Source: Meiothermus sp.
GTDB taxonomy: Bacteria; Deinococcota; Deinococci; Deinococcales; Thermaceae
NCBI GenBank assembly: GCA_033762915.1
Contig: JANRLD010000081.1
Location: forward strand, 1 to 64,000
Direction: 5' to 3'
Length of the DNA: 64,000 nucleotides
Shown here: piece by piece, positions 30,226 through 40,708 of the stretch
How the letters are laid out: each line of letters opens with the position of its first letter
Position numbering within the stretch: the stretch's first letter is position 1
Made by a program: the position numbers and the translations under genes
Notes under the pieces: model-generated
Database searches by the model: none
Seen by the model: only the letters and a program-made list of their open reading frames with translations
Told to the model about the DNA's origin: nothing

Positions 30226-30424
30226 GTCATCCTGAACGCAGCGAAGCAGAGTGAAGGATCTCCGCAGGGCCTCTGGGTCGCCGATTTGATGTTGGCGGTG
30301 ACGGTCTTTGATCTGGGCCTCGAGCCATCGACACCATGAGCCGAATTGGCGAGCGTAGACAAGAGATTCATCGGGTTAAAGGAGCAGCGGGCCGCCGAGC
30401 GCGGCCCGCAGACCTCGGAATGAC
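30226..30424. repeat. REP/MITE-like element bounded by GTCAT...ATGAC
   Basis: Left GTCATCCTGAACGCAGCGAAG..GAAGGATCT; right AGATTCATCGG..CTCGGAATGAC; imperfect inverted ends. Confidence 0.55.
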
Positions 30425-30524
30425 CGGGTTAAAGTAAGTTCGGCTTCTGGCTCTCAGCCTTCGGCGTCCTGGGTTCTGCCTCCAACTTGAACTTTGAGCC
30501 TTCCGCTTTTGCTATCCGCTCAGA

Positions 30525-30611
30525 GCGGTTCCCACGAATACTCCCTACAGCGGTTTTTGCTGTAGGGAGTACATTACCTGCCGCCGCGAGGGAGGTAATG
30601 GTGGGAACCGC
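30525..30611. repeat. Dispersed palindromic repeat, module B (full copy)
   Basis: Inverted ends GCGGTTCCCAC/GTGGGAACCGC enclosing two hairpins; related to 49899-49960 and 61567-61641. Confidence 0.8.
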
Positions 30612-30630
30612 GATCAGAACATCCCCACCT

Positions 30631-33288
30631 CTACCGGCACAGATCGGTGCGGCAGATGTCCAGCGTGGCGTAGTTGTTGTTTGGCTTGACCACCATCTTC
30701 ACGTGGAGGGTGGAGCCCTCGAGGAAGTAGCGGTCGCCGGTGCTGGCGTCGAGTGCGGCCAGGCTGGCGGCGGCCTGTAGGCGGTTGCGGTTGTCCACCC
30801 ACCAGTCGCGGTAGATGTTGGTGCCGCCGCCAGGGATGGCCAGGCGGATGCTGTCGCCGGGCCGGCGGTCGCGCAGCCATAGGCGCAGCCTCGAGGGGGT
30901 CGCGTTGTTGAAGCTCAGGCTGTAGTTGCGGCCCAGGATCAGGCTGGCGGCGAAGTAGTCGTTGTTGCCCTCGCGGGGCGAGCCCCACATGCGGAAGACC
31001 GGGTTGGCTTCCTCGAGGCGGGTCAGGGAGACCGGGGCGAAGTTGGCCTCGGTGCTCAGGGGAATGACGCTCAGCCGGGCGTAGGCGTTGCGGCAGACCT
31101 GGGCGTTCCACTCTGGGCGGGGGGCGCAGTTGCTGTCGACCAGGAAGGGGTTGTTGAAGACCACACTGGCCCCCGCCGTCCCACCCACCGAGCCGTCGCG
31201 GTCCAAAAACACTCCGGCGCGGTAGCTGTCGGCGCTCTCGTCGTCGGCGACCTCCTGGGCCGTGGGTTCGGGGCGGGGCGGGAAGTAGACCGCCTTGGCG
31301 TTGATGAAGCGCGCCCCCTCGGCGAAGTTGGCGCTCGAGATGTCGAAGGGGGTGAAGCGCAGGTAGCTCAGAGCGCCCGACTCGCGGGTCAGGCCCGAGC
31401 AGGCCGCACTGCCGCCGCTGCCCCCGACCAGGGCCAGAGCGCCGAAGTTGCGGAACTCCACCCCCCTGAAGCCGATCTGGCCGTCGTAGAACTCGAAGCC
31501 CCGGGGGGTGAAGCCGGCGCTGGTGGGGTCCCACGGCCGGGGCAGCGAGCGGCCATCGGCGCCGCGGCACTCCCAGGCCTCGGGGCTGCCGCGGTTGGCC
31601 GAGTCGCCCACGATCAGCGAGTTCTCGAGGGTCGAGTCGGTGGAGGCGAAGGTGACCCCGATGGCGTTGTCGGCCATGCGAGCGCCGATCAGCTTGTGGT
31701 GCTCGCCGCGCAGCCAGGCCGCGTTGCCGCGGTTCTTGTAGGCGGTGAAGGTCCTGAACTCGGCCACCACCGGCGGGTTCCTGGCGTCGTCGTTCTCGAG
31801 CTGCCCGCGGCTATTCCTGAGGGCGGGGCTGGTCTTGGGGATGTAGGAGGCGGTCTCGGCCTGCCCGCCGGCGTCGGGGCCGCGGTCGACCATCAGGCCG
31901 TCCTGGTTGGAGTGGGCCACGTTGCCGGAGAACTCGCCCAGCGGGGCGCGGCGGGGGAAGACGCTGGCGTCGTTGGTGGCCGACTTGGAGGCCCCGGTGG
32001 GGTTTTGCGGCAGGGCGTACCAGAAGCCGGTGTGGTGCGAACCCGCCGCCACGTTGTTCCGCACGGTGTTGTCGGGGTGGGTGATCCAGAAGGTGGCGGG
32101 GTCGCGGTCGGTGGGGATGACCGGGCGCTCGCCCCGGCTGGCGTCGGGGCGGCGGGTGCGGATGCCGAGGTTGCCCTCGATCAGGTTCTTGGTCTCGGCG
32201 CCGTCCTCGAGGAAGTAGCAGTGGCCGGTGGAGTCGTAGGCCACGTTGCCCACCACCTCAGCGTAGTGGGCGGCGTGTACGGTCACGCAGCGGTTGAAGG
32301 TCTGCCAGATCGAGCTTCGCCGGATGTACTGCCCCTTCACGTCGCCCGCCAAGTGCCAGTGGATGGGGTAGCGGCCCAGCAGGTTGCGCTGGCCCATCCG
32401 CCACAGCTCGACGCCCGAGACCCGCATCCAGCCGCCCTGCATGGACATGATGTGCCCGCCCAGACCAGCCTGAACAGAGGCGTCGTCGCCGCGCACGGTG
32501 ATGTTGCGGGTGAGCAGACCCACCTCGCCGCGCATCTCAACGCCCTCCGAAACGTCGCTGAAGTGCTCGTAGCGCAGGCGGTTGCTCGAGGGCTGCCCGA
32601 ACTGCTGCGGCACCCGCTGCGAGGCCGCCAAGGTGAGGGTGTTGCCCTGGATGCCGCCGATGCGGAAGACCTCGGCCTGGTCGGCGTTGTAGTCGGTGGA
32701 GGCCAGCACGATCTCGTCACCCACCCGCCAGCCCGCAGCGTCTTGCACGCTGATTTGCGTCGCGCCCCTGGGGGCGGTAGAGGCCAGGCGCGTCCAGCCG
32801 TTGCGCGGTTCGCCGTGGAGCTCCAAAACCCCCCCACCCATCACCCCGATCAGCTTGGTGCCCATCCCCATGTTGAGGGCGTTCTCACTGGCGTTGGTGC
32901 CGGTCAGGGTAATCAGGGCCCGCTTGGTGAAGGGCCGCTCGGGCGTGCCCACCTCGAGCCGCCCGTGCACCATGATCCACTTGGTGGTGAGGGCCAAATC
33001 CTTGTCGGCGAACTTGAGGCTGCCCTGGATGTTGAGGCCCTCGAGGCTGGGCGTGTCCACGTCGAGGGTGACCTCGGTTCCCGCCGGAACAGTCACGACC
33101 TCGCCCGCCCTGGGCACCTGGCCCGAGGGCCAAGTCCTGGCATCCGACCAGACCCCGGTCTTGGTGACGGGCACCGAGCCCCCGACAGGCGGCGTAACCC
33201 CGCCCCCCAGTCCGGGCGCGGTGGTGGCGCCCCCGCAGGCCGACAGAACCAGCACCAGCAGTACGGATATGAGTGCCACAGGTTTCAT
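30631..33288 (-). CDS. G8-domain, beta-helix lipoprotein of the CEMIP/TMEM2/fibrocystin-like type
   Basis: Lipobox LSAC, G8-like WSDARTWPSG.VP, RGEVGLLTRNI, GRYPIHWH, RCVTVH, GHCYFLEDG.ETKN. Confidence 0.88.
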   Translation of the reverse strand: MKPVALISVLLVLVLSACGGATTAPGLGGGVTPPVGGSVPVTKTGVWSDARTWPSGQVPRAGEVVTVPAGTEVTLDVDTPSLEGLNIQGSLKFADKDLALTTKWIMVHGRLEVGTPERPFTKRALITLTGTNASENALNMGMGTKLIGVMGGGVLELHGEPRNGWTRLASTAPRGATQISVQDAAGWRVGDEIVLASTDYNADQAEVFRIGGIQGNTLTLAASQRVPQQFGQPSSNRLRYEHFSDVSEGVEMRGEVGLLTRNITVRGDDASVQAGLGGHIMSMQGGWMRVSGVELWRMGQRNLLGRYPIHWHLAGDVKGQYIRRSSIWQTFNRCVTVHAAHYAEVVGNVAYDSTGHCYFLEDGAETKNLIEGNLGIRTRRPDASRGERPVIPTDRDPATFWITHPDNTVRNNVAAGSHHTGFWYALPQNPTGASKSATNDASVFPRRAPLGEFSGNVAHSNQDGLMVDRGPDAGGQAETASYIPKTSPALRNSRGQLENDDARNPPVVAEFRTFTAYKNRGNAAWLRGEHHKLIGARMADNAIGVTFASTDSTLENSLIVGDSANRGSPEAWECRGADGRSLPRPWDPTSAGFTPRGFEFYDGQIGFRGVEFRNFGALALVGGSGGSAACSGLTRESGALSYLRFTPFDISSANFAEGARFINAKAVYFPPRPEPTAQEVADDESADSYRAGVFLDRDGSVGGTAGASVVFNNPFLVDSNCAPRPEWNAQVCRNAYARLSVIPLSTEANFAPVSLTRLEEANPVFRMWGSPREGNNDYFAASLILGRNYSLSFNNATPSRLRLWLRDRRPGDSIRLAIPGGGTNIYRDWWVDNRNRLQAAASLAALDASTGDRYFLEGSTLHVKMVVKPNNNYATLDICRTDLCR

Positions 33289-33510
33289 GGATTCCTCCAG
33301 ATTAAGCCTCAGGGCGAGGCCGGTTATGGGCAGGTGACCGAAACTCCGTCGCCGCCCGTGACTTCCAGACCCAGGTTAGCGACCTATTCCCGCGTCAAAC
33401 CGCCAAAGGGATTAAGTTACTCTTTAGCCAACGTTAGAAAAACCGTTAAGGAACCCTGGCCCGCCCAGCGCGGGCCGACTCCATGCCCTCACCAAACTTG
33501 CAGGAACAGC

Positions 33511-33533
33511 TTATTGCGAGTAGTTACTATTAG
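33511..33533. promoter_or_regulatory. Possible metal-regulator (Fur/Zur-type) operator
   Basis: AT-rich TTATTGCGAGTAGTTACTATTAG just upstream of a ZIP transporter; palindromy is weak. Confidence 0.3.
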
Positions 33534-33547
33534 CGCTAGACTAGGCT

Positions 33548-34288
33548 GTGCATTCGACCGTCCTCGAGGTCTTCCTCTTCGCAACCGTCACCGCGCTGGC
33601 CACCGGGCTAGGGGCTCTCCCCTTCTTCTTCACCAGGCAGTTCAGCCGCCACTACCTTGGTCTGGCCAACGCGGTGGCGGCGGGCCTCATGATCGCGGCC
33701 AGCTTCGGCCTGGTCTACGAGGCCACGCCGCTGGGGCTGTGGCCCACCGTGGCCGGGATTCTGCTGGGTCTGGTCTTCATCATCCTCTCTCAGCGGGTGC
33801 TCGAGCGCTACGAGGAGGTGAGTATCGGCAGCCTGACCGGCTTCAACGCCCAAAAGGCCCTGCTCCTAATCGGGGTGATGACCGCACACTCGTTTGCCGA
33901 GGGGGTGGGGGTGGGGGTGAGCTTTGGCGGTGGCGAAGCCTTCGGCCTCCTGATCACCATCGCGATCGCCATCCACAACATCCCCGAGGGGCTGGCCATC
34001 AGCCTGGTGCTGGTGCCCAAGGGCGTTTCGCCCTGGAAGGCGGCGGGCTGGAGCGTCTTCTCCTCGCTGCCACAGCCGCTGATGGCGGTTCCGGCCTTCC
34101 TTTTCGTGGAGGCCTTCCGCCCCTTTTTGCCGGTAGGGCTGGGCTTCGCAGCGGGCGCGATGATCTGGCTAGCGGTCTCGGAGATCCTGCCCGAGGCGTT
34201 TGAGGACGCCGACCACAAGGCAGTCGCGACGGCCTTCACCCTCTCGATCGCAGGCATGGTGGCACTGCAGGTGCTGCTGGCGGGGTGA
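33548..34288 (+). CDS. ZIP family metal transporter (ZupT/GufA-like)
   Basis: ATGLGALP, HSFAEG, HNIPEG, GFAAGAM, EILPE. Confidence 0.92.
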   Translation: MHSTVLEVFLFATVTALATGLGALPFFFTRQFSRHYLGLANAVAAGLMIAASFGLVYEATPLGLWPTVAGILLGLVFIILSQRVLERYEEVSIGSLTGFNAQKALLLIGVMTAHSFAEGVGVGVSFGGGEAFGLLITIAIAIHNIPEGLAISLVLVPKGVSPWKAAGWSVFSSLPQPLMAVPAFLFVEAFRPFLPVGLGFAAGAMIWLAVSEILPEAFEDADHKAVATAFTLSIAGMVALQVLLAG

Positions 34289-34355
34289 GCCCCGCAGCGT
34301 CTCAGCGCGAGCCACCCCACACATCCTGCCGCCCCCGTCCAATAAGCTCAGGGCA

Positions 34356-35276
34356 ATGAGTAACTTCATCCACTTCAAAGGCCTCGAGCCCGTCGCGCCG
34401 CTGGGGGTGGGGACCTGGCAGTGGGGCGACAAGCTGGTGTGGGGATTCGGCAAGGGCTACCAGGAGACCGACGCCAAGGAGGCCTACGCCGCCGCGCTGC
34501 GCGGGGGCGTGCAGCTCTTCGACACCGCCGAGGTCTACGGCCTGGGCGAGTCGGAGCGGATGCTGGGGCGCTACTACCACGCGGGCGCGGCCAGGCCGCT
34601 GGTGGTGAGCAAGATGTTCCCCTTCCCCTGGCGCTTCAGCCGCAAGGTTATGCTTTCAGCACTGAGGAAAAGCCTTTCCAGGCTGCAGATGGACAAGCTC
34701 GACCTCTATTTGCTGCACTGGCCCTGGAAGCCGGTGAGCCTCGAGCAGTGGGGCGAGTCGCTGGCTGAGGCCTACGAGTTGGGGCTGACCAAGGCCGTGG
34801 GGGTGTCGAACCACGACCTGCCTCAGATGGAGCGGGTGGCCAAGGTGCTCGCAAGGCATAACGTCCCACTGGCCGCCAACCAGCTCGAGTACCACCTGCT
34901 GGAGCGTAGGCCCGAGAGTAGCGGGCTGTTCAAGGCCATGCAGGCCGAGGGCATCGTGCTGATGGCCTACAGCCCGCTGGCAATGGGCTGGCTGACCGGA
35001 AAGTACAGCCTCGAGAACCCCCCACCCGGCCGCTACCGCGCTGCCCGCTACACCGCCAAGCGCGAACGCATCCCCAAGGTCATCAAGAGCCTGCAAGAGA
35101 TCGCCCAAGCCCACGGGGCCTCGCCCGCCCAGGTGGCCCTGCGCTGGTGCATCCAGAAGGGCACCCTGCCCATTCCGGGGGTCAAGAACGCCCGGCAGGC
35201 CGAGGGCAACGCGGCGGCGCTGCGCCTCGAGCTGACCCCCGAGGAGATGCGCCGCCTGGATTTTGTGAGCGCCTGA
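34356..35276 (+). CDS. Aldo/keto reductase
   Basis: LGVGTWQWG, FDTAEVYG, DLYLLHWP, VGVSN, AYSPL, PIPG. Confidence 0.93.
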   Translation: MSNFIHFKGLEPVAPLGVGTWQWGDKLVWGFGKGYQETDAKEAYAAALRGGVQLFDTAEVYGLGESERMLGRYYHAGAARPLVVSKMFPFPWRFSRKVMLSALRKSLSRLQMDKLDLYLLHWPWKPVSLEQWGESLAEAYELGLTKAVGVSNHDLPQMERVAKVLARHNVPLAANQLEYHLLERRPESSGLFKAMQAEGIVLMAYSPLAMGWLTGKYSLENPPPGRYRAARYTAKRERIPKVIKSLQEIAQAHGASPAQVALRWCIQKGTLPIPGVKNARQAEGNAAALRLELTPEEMRRLDFVSA

Positions 35277-35288
35277 GGGGGCTTCGCC

Positions 35289-36227
35289 TCACTCGCAGCG
35301 CGGCGGCAGGAACAGGTCGAGGGTGTTGACCGGGTCTATGGCGGCGGTAGTGGCCCCGGCGGGCAAGTAGATTTGTTCCCCCACCGCCACCGCGACGCTG
35401 CCGTGCTTGGGCACCGGCATCTGGCGCAGCGCCGTCCAGCGCCCCCTGCCGACGTGGTAGACCTCGACCTCGACAAACATCCCAATGCGTGACTGGCGGT
35501 TGCCCTCGCCCGCGATGGCGTAGATGCACTCTCCGATGGCCGCCACCATGTGCCCCGAGCGCCCGGTGGGCATCGGCGACAGCACCTGCCAGCGGCCCGC
35601 CCTGGGGTCGAAGACCTCGAGGTGCCGCAGATCGAACACCCCGTCCCTGCGCCCGCCCGCCACGTACAGCTTGCCTCCCACCACCGCCACCCCGGCGTGG
35701 TCTCGAGGGTTGGGCATGGGGGGCAGGGCCGTCCAGGCGTTGGCCTTGGGGTCGTAGACGGCCAGGTCGCCCAGCGAGGGGCCGTTGGCCCCACCCACCG
35801 CGTAGATTTTCCCCTCGATCACCGCCGCCGAGAGCGCGCCCCTGGGGCTGGGCATGGGGGCGGCCTGGCTCCAGCGGCCCGTGGCAGGGTTGTACACCTG
35901 CACCTCGGCGGTAGCCTGCGAAAGGCCGCTGCGGTAGCCGCCCATCACGTACACCCGCCCGTCCAGCCCCACCGCGGCAGGGTGGTTGACGGGGGTGGGC
36001 ATGGCCTCGAGACGGGTCCAGCGGCCCGCCTGCAGGTCGAAGACCTCGAGCGTCCCCGTGGTGGCCCCGCTGCCCAGGAAGCCCCCGGCCACGTAAATCT
36101 TGCCGTCCAGCAGCGCCACCCCGACCTCCTGTCGGGCCTCCGCCAGCGGGGCCAGGCTGCGCCAGACCCCCCCCTGCGCCAGGGCCAACGCCGCAACCGC
36201 CCAGACTGCCCACACCAATTGTCGCAT
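35289..36227 (-). CDS. Secreted Kelch-repeat beta-propeller protein
   Basis: Signal peptide plus six Kelch repeats (GKIYVAGG...W). Confidence 0.9.
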   Translation of the reverse strand: MRQLVWAVWAVAALALAQGGVWRSLAPLAEARQEVGVALLDGKIYVAGGFLGSGATTGTLEVFDLQAGRWTRLEAMPTPVNHPAAVGLDGRVYVMGGYRSGLSQATAEVQVYNPATGRWSQAAPMPSPRGALSAAVIEGKIYAVGGANGPSLGDLAVYDPKANAWTALPPMPNPRDHAGVAVVGGKLYVAGGRRDGVFDLRHLEVFDPRAGRWQVLSPMPTGRSGHMVAAIGECIYAIAGEGNRQSRIGMFVEVEVYHVGRGRWTALRQMPVPKHGSVAVAVGEQIYLPAGATTAAIDPVNTLDLFLPPRCE

Positions 36228-36316
36228 GGCTCCAGTGTAGACAGACCGATCTCAAATACGGTGAGAAGCGCTTCACCTCAGCCGCACCAGCGGCGCAGAC
36301 GCCTAGCCCTCGAGGT

Positions 36317-37531
36317 CTACTCGAACCGCAGCGCCTCAATCGGGTCGAGTGCCGCCGCCCGGGCCGCCGGAAGCACCCCGAAGGCCAGACCCACACCCGC
36401 GCTCACCAGCAGTGCCACCATCACCGTTACCGGGTTGAGGATGAAGACCGGGAAGAAGGGCACCACGGCGGTGATCAGCAGCAGCAGTCCGGCCGCCAGC
36501 AGAACACCCAACGCCCCGCCGACCAGGGTCAGCACCACCGCCTCGATCAGGAACTGCTGGCGGATCAGGCCTGCCGTCGCGCCCAGGGCCTTGCGCAGGC
36601 CGATCTCCCGCGTGCGCTCGGTCACGCTCACCAGCATGATGTTCATGATCCCGATGCCGCCCACCAGGAGTGACAGGCCCGCGATGCCGCCCAGCAGCCC
36701 CTGCAAAATGCCGGTGATGGTGGCCAGGGTGCCCTGGAAGCTCTCGGTGGACTGGATGGTGTACTTGCCCTGCCCGAAGCGGCTCTCGTAGATCTGGCGC
36801 ACCTGGCGCTGCACCTCGCGGCTGTTGGCCTCGCGGTTGAGGGCCAGCACCACGAAGTCGTAGTTGCCCCTGGTCTGGGCCGGCCAGTTATTCCAGATGT
36901 ACTCGTTGGGCACGTAGACGGTGGCGCTGCTGCCCAGCCCGCCGAAGATGCCGCTGGGCGGCTCGAGCACCCCGATCACGGTTAGCTCGGCGCGGCTCCC
37001 GGAGGGCGAGAACAGCCGCACCTCCTGGCCGACGGGGTCGCGCCCGGTCGGGAAGAGGTCTTTGGCGGCGCGGTCGGAGAGCACCGCCACCGCCGCCCCG
37101 GCCCTGGCCTCGGCCTCGCCGAAGTAGCGCCCTCGAGCAATTTTGTTGGTGGGGTCGAGGCGCGGAAGGTCGCCGGGGGTGCCCTGAAAGGTGATGCTGC
37201 GGCGCTCACCGGGGCGGCTCTCGTACTGGGCGTTGGTGAAGAGCTGCGGGATCACCCGCACCGGCAGGCGGCGCAGTACCTCCATCTCCTCCTCGCGGAT
37301 AGGGGCAGTCTGGGCGTTGCCGCCAGCATTAAAGTCCGGCTGCACGAAGATCGAGCGGCCCGCCACCGCCTCGAGGCTCTGGTTGATCCCTGCGGTGGCC
37401 ATCTGACCCAGCGAGATCATCGCCGTCACCGCAAACACCCCGATCACGATGCCCAGGAGCGCCAGGAAGCTGCGCAGCTTGTTCTGCCACAGCGACTCAA
37501 AGGCCATGCGGAAGTTCTCCAGGGGGTTCAT
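36317..37531 (-). CDS. MacB/FtsX-type ABC permease
   Basis: NKLRSFLALLGIVIG, GGIGIMNIMLVSVTERTREIGLRKALGA, LDPIEALR. Confidence 0.94.
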   Translation of the reverse strand: MNPLENFRMAFESLWQNKLRSFLALLGIVIGVFAVTAMISLGQMATAGINQSLEAVAGRSIFVQPDFNAGGNAQTAPIREEEMEVLRRLPVRVIPQLFTNAQYESRPGERRSITFQGTPGDLPRLDPTNKIARGRYFGEAEARAGAAVAVLSDRAAKDLFPTGRDPVGQEVRLFSPSGSRAELTVIGVLEPPSGIFGGLGSSATVYVPNEYIWNNWPAQTRGNYDFVVLALNREANSREVQRQVRQIYESRFGQGKYTIQSTESFQGTLATITGILQGLLGGIAGLSLLVGGIGIMNIMLVSVTERTREIGLRKALGATAGLIRQQFLIEAVVLTLVGGALGVLLAAGLLLLITAVVPFFPVFILNPVTVMVALLVSAGVGLAFGVLPAARAAALDPIEALRFE

Positions 37532-38211
37532 TCGGCAATCCTCCCGTCCCTCAGCCGCACGATGCGCTGCGCCCGCGCGCCCACGTCGGGCTCATGGGTG
37601 ACCATCACGATGGTCTTACCCTGGCGGTGAAGCTGATCAAACAGCTCGAGGATTTCGTCCGAGCTCTTGGAGTCGAGGTTGCCCGTGGGCTCGTCGGCCA
37701 GGAGCAGGTCGGGCTGTTGGACTAGCGCCCTGGCGATCGCCACCCGCTGTTTCTGGCCGCCGGAAAGCTCGGAGGGCAGGTGATCCATACGGTCGCCCAG
37801 GCCGACCGACTCGAGGGACGCCCGGGCCCGCTTAAGGCGCTCCACCGCCGACATGCCACGATAGACCAAGGGCAGCGCGACGTTGTGCAGGGCGGTGAGG
37901 CGCGGCAGCAGGAAGAAGGCCTGAAAGACGAAGCCCACCCGCTGGTTACGCACCTTGGCCAGCACGCCCTCGGGCACCTTGGTCACGTCGTCGCCGCCGA
38001 GCTGATAGCTGCCGCTGCTGGGCGAGTCCAGCAGCCCGATGATGTGCATCAGCGTGGACTTTCCCGAGCCCGACGGCCCCATCAGCGCCACGTACTCTCC
38101 CTGCCCCACCGTGAGGTCTACACCTTGCAGCGCCCGCACCTCGACCTGCCGGGCGCTGCTGCCCGAGCGGTAGGTCTTGGTGACACCGGTCATCTGCACG
38201 ACGGCGTTCAC
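37528..38211 (-). CDS. MacB/LolD-type ABC ATP-binding protein
   Basis: [32 protein letters not shown]. Confidence 0.95.
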   Translation of the reverse strand: MNAVVQMTGVTKTYRSGSSARQVEVRALQGVDLTVGQGEYVALMGPSGSGKSTLMHIIGLLDSPSSGSYQLGGDDVTKVPEGVLAKVRNQRVGFVFQAFFLLPRLTALHNVALPLVYRGMSAVERLKRARASLESVGLGDRMDHLPSELSGGQKQRVAIARALVQQPDLLLADEPTGNLDSKSSDEILELFDQLHRQGKTIVMVTHEPDVGARAQRIVRLRDGRIAE

Positions 38212-38299
38212 GGCGTCGCTCCGCGATGGGGGGCAACGGGCGGCAGCAGGCGGAGGGTCGCCGCCGACCTCCCTGCCCCACTCCCCACTCCCTGCCTGC

Positions 38300-39511
38300 T
38301 CATTTCCCCTCCTCGAGTACGTAGCTCACCTTCGAGCCGTCGCGCAGTGCCTCGGGCGCCAGGGACACCAGCAGCGCGTCGGGGCTCAGGCCCTCGACGG
38401 CGGCCTGGGTGAGGTTGCGGGCCCGGACGGTGATAGGAGTTTTTTTGACGGTTCGGGCGGCGGGGTCGATCAGCCAGACCGAGGTTTGGCGGTTCTCCTC
38501 GAGCAGGGTCTCGAGGGGGATGCGCACCGCGCTTTGCAGGCGCAGGGTGGTGATGCGGGTGGTGGCGGTGAGGCCGGGGCGGGCCAGGGTTTCGGCCTGG
38601 GGCCCCAGGAAGCGGATGAAGACCGGCAAGACCGCGCTACCCCCGCCGCCGGTGGTCTCGGCCTGCACCCCAAGCCGATCAACCTTGCCGGTCAGCGGCT
38701 GACCCGGGGCGGAGTCGAGTTCGATCCGCACCGGCTGGCCGGGGCGCACGCCCGCGATGTCAGCCTCGGTCAGCCGGGTCTGAATCCGGAGGCTGCCCGC
38801 CTCCACCAGCCGGATCGAGGGGGCCTGAGTTCCAGAGGCCGTAGTGGTGTCCACCCCCACCAGGTAGCCCACGCTCGAGACGCTCCCCGCCACAGTGGCC
38901 CGCAGGCTGGATTGGCTGATCGTGCGCTGCAAGTTGGCGATCTCGGCCTGCCGGGCCTGAATCTGGGCCTGGAGGTCTTGCCGGGTGCTCTGGCTGCCCT
39001 GGTCGAGAGAGTTGAGCTGGGCCTGGAGGTCGGCGACCTGACGCTGCAGGCTTTGCACCTCGTTGGGGGCCGCGCTGCCCACGGCCAGCAGGCGGCGGGA
39101 CAGCTCGAGGTTACGTCGGGCTTCGCCCAGTTGGGTCTGAAGGCGGCTGCGGTTGGAGCTCACCTCGGCAGCACTGCTGGTCACCCGGCTTTGCAGGGCG
39201 ACCAGGTTCTCGCGCGCGGTCTGGAGCTGGGCCTGCTCACTGGCGGTGTCCAGCACCGCCAGCACCTGTCCGGCCTGGACGTTTTGGCCCTCGCGCACCC
39301 GCACCTCGGCCACCCGCCCCGGCCTGCTGAACGTCAGGTTGTACAGGCGCGCCTCGACGGTTCCGGTGGCCCGCACCTCGCGCACGAACTCCCCCTGCGA
39401 GGCCCTGGCCACGTTGACCGATATCCCCTGCTGCGCCCTCGGGCGCAGCAGCCCAAAAGCCGTCAGACCCGCGACGAGCAGCACGATGGGTATCCAAATC
39501 CAGCGTCTCAT
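38300..39511 (-). CDS. Periplasmic adaptor (membrane fusion protein)
   Basis: N-terminal TM, lipoyl half-motif GRVAEVRVREGQNVQAGQVL, coiled hairpin. Confidence 0.9.
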   Translation of the reverse strand: MRRWIWIPIVLLVAGLTAFGLLRPRAQQGISVNVARASQGEFVREVRATGTVEARLYNLTFSRPGRVAEVRVREGQNVQAGQVLAVLDTASEQAQLQTARENLVALQSRVTSSAAEVSSNRSRLQTQLGEARRNLELSRRLLAVGSAAPNEVQSLQRQVADLQAQLNSLDQGSQSTRQDLQAQIQARQAEIANLQRTISQSSLRATVAGSVSSVGYLVGVDTTTASGTQAPSIRLVEAGSLRIQTRLTEADIAGVRPGQPVRIELDSAPGQPLTGKVDRLGVQAETTGGGGSAVLPVFIRFLGPQAETLARPGLTATTRITTLRLQSAVRIPLETLLEENRQTSVWLIDPAARTVKKTPITVRARNLTQAAVEGLSPDALLVSLAPEALRDGSKVSYVLEEGK

Positions 39512-39620
39512 AACACCTCAAAATCAGCGGAGCCACGAAGAAGAGAAAAGGAAGGCGAAGGCGACCGCGCGAATCCAGCGGTTTCTCCTCCCTCGTGCGT
39601 CTTTTCTCCCTCCCCGCGTC

Positions 39621-40706
39621 TCATTGGTTGCCCGCAACGCGCAGCCCGTACCCGGCGTTCCACAGCTCGGCCAGCGCGGCCTGCACGGCGCGGTCAGCCT
39701 CCTGCTTGGCGATCTGGGACTGCTTGAGGGTGACCTGGGCGATCGCGCCTGCCTGGAAGCGGCGCTGGGCGGCGGCGAGTTCGGCGGTGACTCGAGTCTG
39801 GCTCTCCCGGGAGAGGCGGAGGTTTTCCTGGGCGCTCTGGTAACGGCGGCGGGCGGCCTCGAGGGTGTCGGAGAGGGTGCGCTGCACGTCGGACAGGGCG
39901 GCCCTGGCACGGGCCAGGTCGCGCTCGCGGGCGGCGCGGTCAAGCGGCGGGGAGTCGGGGCCAGCCGCCAGGGCCAGCGCCCGCTCGGCCTCTCTGGCCT
40001 GCTGGGCCGCCTCCAGCGCCCGCGCGTGGTTCGTCACGGCAAAGCGGGTCGGCTCGAGGGCAGGCGGCTCGGGCAGGGCCTGCGGGGTGATGTTGCCGTA
40101 GGGCCTCAGACGGGCCTGGGCTTGATCCAGCGCCCGCTGGGCGCTGCGGACGGCGGAGGCGGCCTGGGCATCCTGGTCGCGCACTCGAGCCAAGTCCGCG
40201 TTCGAGATGGCCCCCGCCCGGAAGCGCAGCTCGGCGGCCTGGAGTTGCAGCGCGGTCAGCTCCTTGCGCTCACCTGCCAGCGCCACGTCGGCCTGGGCCA
40301 CCAGCACGCCCGCATAGGCCTCGACGGCCCTCGACTCCGACTCCTCCCTGGCCTGCGCCAGCTTGGCCTGATTAACCGCCACACCTTCCTGCGCCCGGGT
40401 CAGGCTTAACTGCGCCGCCTCGGGGTCGCCCTGCTGCCGCCGCAGCTCGTCCTGCGCCGCGGCCAGGGCCCGCTCGGCGTCCTGATAGGCGGTGTCGCGG
40501 GTGTAGGCGTTTTGGAGGAAGGCCGCGATGGGCTGGGCGAAAGCAGGCGAGGGGAGGCCAATGAGAAAAGCGGAAAGCAACAGCACAACGACCGCCTGTC
40601 TGTCCAGCCACCTTTGGCCTCGCGTCTCGCGCGCCCCGCGTCCCTGATCATCGGCTCCCGACACTCGGCTCGGTGCTTGCACCATGAATCTCGACATGTT
40701 CGACAT
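39621..40706 (-). CDS. TolC-like protein (mostly helical)
   Basis: Two TolC-type repeats (LRFRAGAIS, RRFQAGAIA); start uncertain (40706 or 40712). Confidence 0.75.
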   Translation of the reverse strand: MSNMSRFMVQAPSRVSGADDQGRGARETRGQRWLDRQAVVVLLLSAFLIGLPSPAFAQPIAAFLQNAYTRDTAYQDAERALAAAQDELRRQQGDPEAAQLSLTRAQEGVAVNQAKLAQAREESESRAVEAYAGVLVAQADVALAGERKELTALQLQAAELRFRAGAISNADLARVRDQDAQAASAVRSAQRALDQAQARLRPYGNITPQALPEPPALEPTRFAVTNHARALEAAQQAREAERALALAAGPDSPPLDRAARERDLARARAALSDVQRTLSDTLEAARRRYQSAQENLRLSRESQTRVTAELAAAQRRFQAGAIAQVTLKQSQIAKQEADRAVQAALAELWNAGYGLRVAGNQ

Positions 40707-40708
40707 AC

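Noticed and set aside
31696..34203. 835-aa plus-strand ORF, and similar long ORFs such as 59379-61490, 38177-39727 and 11623-12849
   Set aside because: Shadow frames of well-supported genes, expected in high-GC DNA
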